Positions 17,310 to 24,736 of a stretch of DNA of 32,000 bases are shown piece by piece. A program made the position numbers and the translations under genes. How positions within the stretch are numbered: the first letter of the stretch is position 1; each line of letters opens with the position of its first letter. This DNA comes from Megasphaera elsdenii DSM 20460. GTDB lineage: Bacteria; Bacillota; Negativicutes; Veillonellales; Megasphaeraceae. The stretch covers positions 210,001 through 242,000 of the forward strand of contig NZ_CP027570.1 in NCBI RefSeq assembly GCF_003010495.1, written 5' to 3'. The notes beneath the pieces were generated by a model, which did no database searches, was not told where the DNA came from, and saw only the letters and a program-made list of their open reading frames with translations.

Positions 17310-17777
17310 TTATTTCAATGAAGCAATTGCCATCTCTATTTTTTTAGCCTCTTTCAAGGTCCGTATATTCTTGAACAACCGAATAGGCAGGCAAATCCAG
17401 CCAATCAGCATGGCGATAAAGAATTTGATGAAAAAATATAAGACCCAACCGATAAGCGGCAATATCAGGAAAACATTCGGCGTAATCCGAGTCAGCATTT
17501 TCCAGCCAGGATAAACGCCGGCCATCATCCAAATGACTGCGATGGCGTTGAACAGCCCATTATATCCCTGGAAAGCAAAGACAAGGCCGATGATGGCGAA
17601 GACCGCTGTAATGGCAAACTCCTTGAAAACCTCATGTTTCGTGGCCTGCCAGCGTTTCAAATTACAGTCAGCACAAACAGGTATAGTCCATAAATCCATA
17701 TATTCCTGGCACAACCCTTTTCCACAATCCACACAGGTCCCTACAGCATCCCGCTCCGGATGATTATAACATTTCAT
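17310..17777 (-). CDS. B-box-like zinc-ribbon membrane protein, function unknown
   Basis: MKCYNHPERDAVGTCVDCGKGLCQEY...CADCN is followed by about 4 hydrophobic helices. ATG at 17777 follows AAGGAGG. Confidence 0.7.
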   Translation of the reverse strand: MKCYNHPERDAVGTCVDCGKGLCQEYMDLWTIPVCADCNLKRWQATKHEVFKEFAITAVFAIIGLVFAFQGYNGLFNAIAVIWMMAGVYPGWKMLTRITPNVFLILPLIGWVLYFFIKFFIAMLIGWICLPIRLFKNIRTLKEAKKIEMAIASLK

Positions 17778-17794
17778 AGCAAAGTCCTCCTTAT

Positions 17795-18523
17795 TTAAAT
17801 CCCATGCCAGGCATCGGTAATCGCGCGCCATCCTGATTTCAACGGATGTTCCTTCATTTCACTTTCCAATACGAACCGTGTCAATCCCAAGTCCGATAGC
17901 TCATTCATGATGCCCTGTGCATAAGTCGATTCCCCTAAATTAGGCCAGCCTTTCCAGTAAATAATCGCTTTGATGCGTTCCGAATGTTTGTCGGCCAAAA
18001 AATGCAGGTGATGGCCTTGGCGATCGTAATAAGTAAGGACCATATAGTGGAACTTCTGTTGATCGCCATAGTTCGTCTTGTAATTTCTCGTTCCCTGAAC
18101 CCAGAATCCCGTATCCGGATCATGACTGTACACATCTTTGCGGTCAGCAGGATAGGCCTGCCCATACACCTTGATGACTTTTTCTGCTTTATCGCCTACT
18201 TGGATGCCCTTATCCGTCATCGGACCGGGCTTCAAGAAAATCAACTGTGTCAGTGTCCCAGCGGGATAACTGTAAAAATCACCCAAAAAACCGCCGCGGC
18301 TAATCGTAATGAACATACTGTTATCAGTCTTGATGTACTGGTCATTCATCGCGTCATGTCCATAGAAACGATAGCCATTAGCATTAATGTAATCCCAAAG
18401 GGGCGTTGCATTATCATAGTCGAATTGGTTCATGACGCCGGCATCATCGACATACGCAAAGCTCACAGGACTATACATCAGACACAATAAAAATATCCCC
18501 GTTGAAATCCATTTTTTCAGCAT
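17795..18523 (-). CDS. secreted hypothetical protein
   Basis: ATG at 18523 follows GGAGGGAG. Signal peptide is MLKKWISTGIFLLCLMYSPVSFA-Y. I recognise no domain. Confidence 0.65.
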   Translation of the reverse strand: MLKKWISTGIFLLCLMYSPVSFAYVDDAGVMNQFDYDNATPLWDYINANGYRFYGHDAMNDQYIKTDNSMFITISRGGFLGDFYSYPAGTLTQLIFLKPGPMTDKGIQVGDKAEKVIKVYGQAYPADRKDVYSHDPDTGFWVQGTRNYKTNYGDQQKFHYMVLTYYDRQGHHLHFLADKHSERIKAIIYWKGWPNLGESTYAQGIMNELSDLGLTRFVLESEMKEHPLKSGWRAITDAWHGI

Positions 18524-18554
18524 CGTTCTCCCTCCTATTGATTTGTTATCGAAA

Positions 18555-18767
18555 CTATTTAGTCCTAAAAAAATACAGTGACAAATCGCGTACATCCAGA
18601 CGTAAAATTTCTACACATCTACGGATTTCATCCTGCGTGAACTCAGTCCGCGAAGTCAGCTTGGAATAAAGCGTAGAGCGGCTTATTTCTAACTGTTTTG
18701 CCAGCTCTTCGCGGGTAATTCCCAGTTCTGCCATGCGGCCGTAGAGTTTAGAATAATCATACGTCAT
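18555..18767 (-). CDS. Cro-like small HTH protein (DUF739-like)
   Basis: 70 aa: MTYDYSKLYGRMAELGITREELAKQLEISRSTLYSKLTSRTEFTQDEIRRCVEILRL... ATG at 18767 follows AAGGAGG. It is divergent from the cI-like gene. Confidence 0.75.
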   Translation of the reverse strand: MTYDYSKLYGRMAELGITREELAKQLEISRSTLYSKLTSRTEFTQDEIRRCVEILRLDVRDLSLYFFRTK

Positions 18768-18915
18768 ATCGGTCCTCCTTTTTGATTCGAAATCTGTACT
18801 TTTCTTCACAAAAAAATAGTACTATAAAAATAGCCTATCGTCAAGGCTTTTTGCACAAAATGTTGAGATTTCTAAACGTTTATTGTATACTTGTGAAAGA
18901 AAAGGAGGTTACCCC

Positions 18916-19272
18916 ATGGAAAATAATATTTTTGGAAAACGCCTGAAACAAGCCCTTGAATACCGCCAGATGCGCGCTGTGGACCTGGCCCGCAAAACCG
19001 GTTTGACCCGCGGTATCATCAGTTCATATATAAATGGACGTTGGAAAGCAAAACAAACTAACGTCATGCTCATCGCCCGTGCCCTACATGTCTCCGAATC
19101 GTGGCTCATGGGGTACGATGTGCGCATGGAACCAGATACCGATTCCCTGACCAGCACCCTTTCCTCCGACGAAACTCAGTTGCTATCGCTTTATCGCACG
19201 CTGGACGATACGAACAAAAAAGCCGTCCTCGATTTTGTCCGCTTCAAAAATCTTGACAATGAACAGAAATGA
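18916..19272 (+). CDS. XRE-family (cI-like) HTH transcriptional regulator
   Basis: MENNIFGKRLKQALEYRQMRAVDLARKTGLTRGIISSYINGRWKAKQ... is an HTH_3 domain. ATG at 18916 follows AAAGGAGG. Confidence 0.8.
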   Translation: MENNIFGKRLKQALEYRQMRAVDLARKTGLTRGIISSYINGRWKAKQTNVMLIARALHVSESWLMGYDVRMEPDTDSLTSTLSSDETQLLSLYRTLDDTNKKAVLDFVRFKNLDNEQK

Positions 19273-19302
19273 TTAATTTCGCTGTCATATCTTCAGCGCA
19301 CT

Positions 19303-19450
19303 TTTTCATCGCCTGCATGCGATATCGTAGGGGACGTCCCAAAGGGCGTACCGCCGTGAATCCTGTGCATAGCCGGAATTTATGACAGATAGCAAACGGT
19401 CATAATATAATCATGAGTCTGTCGCAGCGTAGCCACACCTGAGTCCGAAT
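19303..19450. repeat. GC-rich structured intergenic repeat, copy related to 29150..29375
   Basis: Colinear blocks are shared with the 29-kb copy: tcgcctg..tgcgat..cgtaggggacgtcc...gtgaatcc.gtg...agcc.gaatttatgac...ctga.tccga. Confidence 0.7.
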
Positions 19451-19459
19451 ATCACAAAG

Positions 19460-19503
19460 AAAAAAGGGCCCGCGCATGATGAAACACCATCATGCACGGG
19501 CCC
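19460..19503 (-). terminator. intrinsic terminator of the adhesin-relB unit
   Basis: The minus-strand RNA is GGGCCCGUGCAUGAUG-loop-CAUCAUGCGCGGGCCC followed by U6. Confidence 0.8.
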
Positions 19504-19534
19504 TTTAAATCATTCTCGGGAACTGTCCTTCTCT

Positions 19535-19714
19535 CTATTCTTTTTCCGTATCGCTTTTAGCTGTGATTTCAAAGGGGATACGTTGTTCCCCGACAGATTT
19601 TTTGATGAAGATGTTGATCCCTGTGGACATGCTCATGCCTACGGAATCGCAAAACTTTTCAAAGTCTTTTTTCAAATCCGCGTCGATACGGATACAAATC
19701 GTTGTCTGTGCCAT
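19535..19714 (-). CDS. RelB/DinJ-family type II antitoxin (ribbon-helix-helix), no cognate toxin nearby
   Basis: 59 aa, below the ORF-track cut-off: MAQTTICIRIDADLKKDFEKFCDSVGMSMSTGINIFIKKSVGEQRIPFEITAKSDTEKE. RBS is AAGGGGGG. The ATG lies 12 nt after the adhesin stop. Confidence 0.8.
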   Translation of the reverse strand: MAQTTICIRIDADLKKDFEKFCDSVGMSMSTGINIFIKKSVGEQRIPFEITAKSDTEKE

Positions 19715-19726
19715 GATTCCCCCCTT

Positions 19727-22700
19727 TTATCCATTCAGGCGAGCCAGGATTTCCTGAATCTGTTTCTTCATTTCCTGGTTTTCTTTTTCCAAGGCATCGA
19801 TTCGTTTATCCTTAGCAGCATCGTCAGCTTTGATAGCCGAGATTTCCGTAGCCTGGTCGTGGATGGTCTGTGCCATTTCAGCCTTGCTGACGCCGTTGTA
19901 TGCGGAGCCTTTGCCAATCTTGAGGGAGACACCGGCATTGAAGCCCGGGTCGCCGTTGCCAAGAGAAATGCCCATGTTGACCATGGTATTGGCATTCGGC
20001 TGGTAGAAGGCACCGACAGCGGCTGCATTGGCGTTACGGTAATGACCATAACCGACAGCGAAGCTTGCTTTATCAGCCGGGTCGAAATCAAGCGGATGGA
20101 GCGCTGCCAAAGCATTGCTGCCGGCTGCCGCTCTGTTGATGTTCGTATCCAGACGGCTGTACGCATTGTTCATATCGCGGTAAATCTGCTGCGTGTTGGC
20201 GGCAGTTAGGCCGTTGACGTATCCGACGTTAGCCGCACTGTTCGGGTCGTTAGCATCGCTGACAACACCGGTAATGACGCGGCCCTTGCCATCCTTGCCA
20301 TTGACATCAATCTTCGTAGCCGTGCTATTGCCACCAATCTGGATGGTGTCACCTGTAGTGTTCGTGTGGATGAGGTCGCTCGTCGTCTTAAGACCGGAAT
20401 CCAGAGCAGACAGGTTCTGGCCGACAGTTTGGCTGCCCTTGATGTAAGAGCCATCCTTGTCCACATGAACTTCTTTGTAGAGCGTATCACCGGAAATCAA
20501 GCCCGTATTGTCAGCAGCGACCTTGCCCGTGCCTTCGACATTGACGGCGTAGGTCGTCGGAGTCGTATCCGTGCCATCGACCGTAGTGACCGTCGTATTC
20601 TTGCCATCGACAACTTTGACAGCATTCTTAGCGATATTATGGATAGCCGTCTTGCTGGCATCCGTGAAGTTGCCATTCTTGATGTTGGTAATATCGTTGG
20701 TATTGTTCGTCACTTTCTGATTAATTTCTGCATCTGCCTTTTCACGGGCCTGCTGTTCATCATACAGCTGTTTACCATTGACGGCATCCGTGCTGCTATC
20801 GCTCAGAGTACCACCCTTGACGTTGGTGATGGTCGTACCGCCGTCACCGCCCAGCGTGACTGTTGTCTTATTGGAGTCTTCATCATACTGAACTGCATTG
20901 TCACTGAGGTTCTTCACGTTATTGGTAATATTCTGAATGGATTCGCTGTTTTTCTTGATGGCATCAGCATTGTTCTTGACCTGTGCATCGAGGGCACCTA
21001 AGTTCTGACCGGTTGTTTTACCTTCAGAAACATAATTCAGCGTCTTGCCATCCTCTGCAACAGGCTTGTTGTACTCATAGACAGTCTTGCCGGTAACCAG
21101 TTGGCCATTATTGGCTTCGATTTTGCCAGTACCGATAGCACTGCCCCAAGCATTTTCATTCTTGGTCTTTTCTGCTTCGGTTGCCGGAGTCTTGCCATCT
21201 TCACCTTTCAGATTAGCACCGATGTTGGATGCATCGACATTGGCTTTGCCTGCCAATGCCTTGTTGGTAGTATCAGCTGCACTATCAACAGCATCTTTGA
21301 CAATTTTCTGTACATCACCGATGTTAGCAGCATTCGTTGTAGTTGTGTAGTTGCCGGATGCATCTGCACCACTGCCTACATGGGTGATCTTGCCACCGTT
21401 GACATCAACACTGTCATCATCGCCAAGGGTAATCTTGGCACCGGTGGTCTTGCCGCCTTCGGTCTTCTGGTTGCTGATGGATGTGATACCCGTCAGATCT
21501 TTTGCCAGCTGGACTTTCAGCTTGCCGCTGTCGCTCTTGACGCCGATGTTGCCTTCTGTCAGGTCGCCCTTCGCACCGCCGATGATATCGAGAGTGTTGT
21601 TGAGCTTCTTGTTAATGACAGTCGTATCATCACCCTTGAATTTCAGGCCGTCTTCCATGGTAGCTACCTGATGTTCACCAGCACCATCTTTGTAGACGAT
21701 ACGTGTCAAGCTTGTACCATCGACACCTTTTTCACCTTTGACACCATCCTTGCCATCTGTTCCATCATAGCCGTTCTTGACGGTGATATCAATGGAAGTT
21801 CCCGGCTGTCCATTTGCACCATTTATGCCATTGGTGCCAGCAGGGCCTGTCAAGCCGATATGGCCTTCTGTACCATTTTCACCATCGACAGCTTTCATGG
21901 TCACACCATCTTTGCCATCTCTGCCTTTGATGGAGATACCGTCTTTGCCGTCAATACCAACACTGGACTGGCCGTCCTGGCCACTGATGCCGATGCTGCC
22001 AGGAGTACCGGGAGCACCATTTTCTCCATCCTTGCCGTTTACAGCAATCTTTTCCACGGACATATCCTTGTCCATGAGGATTTTGATGTTGCCATTTTCA
22101 TCAATTTCCGTGGTCAGGTTATCAGCCGTGTATTCATGGCCGTCTTTCTTCTCGGTGCCCTGAATCGTCACCGTATCACCTAACTTAGCCTTATAGGCAG
22201 TACCGGAGTTGGCGGCAAAGGTCAGGCCCTTGTCGGTCAAATCAGTCTGAGCAGATTTCAGCTGAGATACATTGACTGCATCAGTGTCTTTCACGCCGGC
22301 TTTCACGTTGATGATGCGACGGGTAATGCCTTTTTCTCCAGACTGGCCAACAGCTTTACCAACAGAGACAACTCCATCATTGCCATCGGTAGGAAGGATA
22401 TCGCGTTTGGTAATCTGGCTGCCATAACCAAGAGCAGTGGAATTGTTGACACCGCTGGCAACACTTGCATAGTAACCAAGAGCCATATTCTGTCCGTAGC
22501 CGGCAGAAGCATTCGCACCAACAGCGATACCCTGATTAAGAGCTTTCGCCTTTTCACCTATTGCTACAGCATCGCCACCAGTTTTGGCATTATGTCCAAT
22601 AGATACGGCATTCGAGGCAGTCATTTCTTGTTCTTTATCAGACGAGCCGATAATGACGTTGTTCTTCTGATTCGTCAATTTGTGGTTATCACCAATCACG

Positions 22701-24736
22701 ATGTTGGACTGGTTGTTGTCTACACTGTCACCGCTGACCTTGTTGTTCGAGCCAATGATATAGTCATGCTTGCCATTAGTCAATTCGTTCTGGAAGCCGT
22801 CAACATAGTTGTACTGTGTTGATGTTTCTTCTGCGTAGGTGCTATCCTGACCGGTTACTTTGTTGCCGACACCGGTGACCTGCGTCATATAGGCTTTGTC
22901 AACGGAGTTGGCGCCGCCCATAACCATGACCTGAGCACCGCTGGTCGGAACTGCATCCTGCAAAGCATTTTTCAGCTGTTCAGCGTTCCCGGTTGAATTT
23001 GATATTGCTTCTGCCTTATCTTTATCGATGTCACGATAGGAATCAGTGACTGTGTTGCCTGCGCCATAGATGATTGCTGCATTGGAGTTCGTAGTCATAT
23101 TGGCCTGACCCACGATACTGTTGGCTACACCGCTATATGCCTTTGTGGTGTCCGTGTTGTTATTTACATTGACAGTACCATAAGATACGGCTGCAGCGCC
23201 TTGGAGACCAGTTCCGAAAACAGCAGAATACGAGCCAACCACAGTTGATGCGACTCCATCTGTATGTGTCACATTGCCGGCTGCCAGACTAGCTGTTCCT
23301 TGCGCGCCATTATTATTTTCATTTGTGTATTGATCAAATCCTAAAGAAGGACCTACCTTTACTGAATAGTATTTGATGTTATGGTTCGGCTTTGTCAGTG
23401 CATCCGTATTGGCAGCGACCTGCTTATCAAGTGCACTCAAGTTAGCAGCTGTTGTGCTAGCTGTATGTACATAGGTACCGTCTTTTGGACGAACTTCTGT
23501 ATACACCGTGCCGCCGGTTACCAGCTGCTGAGAACCATTGGTCTTTTTATCCGCTGCATTCGGATCAGCAATCTTGCCAGTGCCGATAGCTGTGCTCCAG
23601 GCATTTTCGTTGGCTGTCTGGGCTTCAGTAAGAGCCTTCTTTGTAGCATCCTCATCAACAAGCGGATTGCCGTTGGAATCAACTTTAATGGAGCCATCGT
23701 CATTCTTCCGATATACCGTATCGGCAGTCAGATTTGTACCGATATTGCCGGCATCTTTTTCAGCATACTGCTTCAGCTGTTCCATGACGACGACATCGTG
23801 GTCATCCTGGCCGTCGGCGACTTTGACAAGGCGGTTGTAGTAAGCAGAGGTATAAGGAGCTTTCTTCTTTATTTTAGGCGCCTTTGTATAATCATTAGTT
23901 GTTCCATCAATCTCATTTTGTTTCGGATTGCCTTTTTCATCGGTCAGGGTTTCCCATTCATAGGTATAACCGGATTCATCACCAGCATCATGACCAAAAG
24001 CTATTGTTCCAGGCTGATTAGCTGTAGCTTGATATCCCAAAGCCGTTGAAGCTTTGTCATAATGAATATACCTGATATCTTCAGGAGCGGCACCTGAATA
24101 TGATTGATCCATAATATATTCACCGCTTTTTACATCAGATGCAATTTGGTCATATTCTTCAGCACTTATATATGTTTTTTCAACACCACTATTCGTAACT
24201 ACAGATTGATTACCAGCTGCTAAGGCAAGAACTGCATCATCTCCCGTAGAACCACCTGCTACGCCAGTTGAAAGTATCCCGTTAACACTAGAATATTCTC
24301 CTCCTAGCGATGAGGCGCCTCTACCCGTTACATTATTATAAAGACCGCCCGAAGCATATGAATCTATACCGGAAGTTAAATTATGACCTCCACCTACAAC
24401 TACAGAACCATTACCGCTAGCATTATTGTTTTCGCCACCAATAGCAGTAGAAAGTCCACCATTGGCTAGATTATAGTGACCACCCAAAACAGTTGAATAA
24501 TATCCAGAAGAATGGTTACGATTACCACCACCAACAACAGCAGAAATATTGTCAGCAACATTATTATCACCACCAAAAATAGTAGCAAAGTTACCTTCTC
24601 CTTCTATTGTATTGCTAGTGCCTCCAAAAATAGATGACATCCGTCCCTCATTTTTATTGTTAGTTCCTCCAACGGTCATTGAATAGGAGCCTGATGCTTC
24701 ATTGCGATTACCACCAATTAAGACAGCACCATCACC
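19727..24736 (-). CDS. trimeric autotransporter adhesin, downstream 1669-codon part (head repeats, necks, collagen-like stalk, YadA-type anchor, C-terminal coiled coil); no signal peptide of its own
   Basis: Open frame continuous with 24737..26992 except for one TAA; the first ATG is at 24679. Head repeats of the form GG..N.A.G..S.V.GG are present. The anchor reads ...ALAALHPLDFDPADKASFAVGYGHYRNANAAAVGAFYQPN...GVSLKIG. Confidence 0.85.
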   Translation of the reverse strand, partial: GDGAVLIGGNRNEASGSYSMTVGGTNNKNEGRMSSIFGGTSNTIEGEGNFATIFGGDNNVADNISAVVGGGNRNHSSGYYSTVLGGHYNLANGGLSTAIGGENNNASGNGSVVVGGGHNLTSGIDSYASGGLYNNVTGRGASSLGGEYSSVNGILSTGVAGGSTGDDAVLALAAGNQSVVTNSGVEKTYISAEEYDQIASDVKSGEYIMDQSYSGAAPEDIRYIHYDKASTALGYQATANQPGTIAFGHDAGDESGYTYEWETLTDEKGNPKQNEIDGTTNDYTKAPKIKKKAPYTSAYYNRLVKVADGQDDHDVVVMEQLKQYAEKDAGNIGTNLTADTVYRKNDDGSIKVDSNGNPLVDEDATKKALTEAQTANENAWSTAIGTGKIADPNAADKKTNGSQQLVTGGTVYTEVRPKDGTYVHTASTTAANLSALDKQVAANTDALTKPNHNIKYYSVKVGPSLGFDQYTNENNNGAQGTASLAAGNVTHTDGVASTVVGSYSAVFGTGLQGAAAVSYGTVNVNNNTDTTKAYSGVANSIVGQANMTTNSNAAIIYGAGNTVTDSYRDIDKDKAEAISNSTGNAEQLKNALQDAVPTSGAQVMVMGGANSVDKAYMTQVTGVGNKVTGQDSTYAEETSTQYNYVDGFQNELTNGKHDYIIGSNNKVSGDSVDNNQSNIVIGDNHKLTNQKNNVIIGSSDKEQEMTASNAVSIGHNAKTGGDAVAIGEKAKALNQGIAVGANASAGYGQNMALGYYASVASGVNNSTALGYGSQITKRDILPTDGNDGVVSVGKAVGQSGEKGITRRIINVKAGVKDTDAVNVSQLKSAQTDLTDKGLTFAANSGTAYKAKLGDTVTIQGTEKKDGHEYTADNLTTEIDENGNIKILMDKDMSVEKIAVNGKDGENGAPGTPGSIGISGQDGQSSVGIDGKDGISIKGRDGKDGVTMKAVDGENGTEGHIGLTGPAGTNGINGANGQPGTSIDITVKNGYDGTDGKDGVKGEKGVDGTSLTRIVYKDGAGEHQVATMEDGLKFKGDDTTVINKKLNNTLDIIGGAKGDLTEGNIGVKSDSGKLKVQLAKDLTGITSISNQKTEGGKTTGAKITLGDDDSVDVNGGKITHVGSGADASGNYTTTTNAANIGDVQKIVKDAVDSAADTTNKALAGKANVDASNIGANLKGEDGKTPATEAEKTKNENAWGSAIGTGKIEANNGQLVTGKTVYEYNKPVAEDGKTLNYVSEGKTTGQNLGALDAQVKNNADAIKKNSESIQNITNNVKNLSDNAVQYDEDSNKTTVTLGGDGGTTITNVKGGTLSDSSTDAVNGKQLYDEQQAREKADAEINQKVTNNTNDITNIKNGNFTDASKTAIHNIAKNAVKVVDGKNTTVTTVDGTDTTPTTYAVNVEGTGKVAADNTGLISGDTLYKEVHVDKDGSYIKGSQTVGQNLSALDSGLKTTSDLIHTNTTGDTIQIGGNSTATKIDVNGKDGKGRVITGVVSDANDPNSAANVGYVNGLTAANTQQIYRDMNNAYSRLDTNINRAAAGSNALAALHPLDFDPADKASFAVGYGHYRNANAAAVGAFYQPNANTMVNMGISLGNGDPGFNAGVSLKIGKGSAYNGVSKAEMAQTIHDQATEISAIKADDAAKDKRIDALEKENQEMKKQIQEILARLNG

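Noticed and set aside
19583-24049. Long plus-strand ORFs inside the adhesin gene (19583..20209, 20366..21001, 21101..22183, 23381..24049 and others)
   Set aside because: They are antisense shadows of a repetitive Gly/Asn/Thr-rich gene. Stop-poor antisense frames are expected in such a gene, and there are no RBSs or recognisable motifs.
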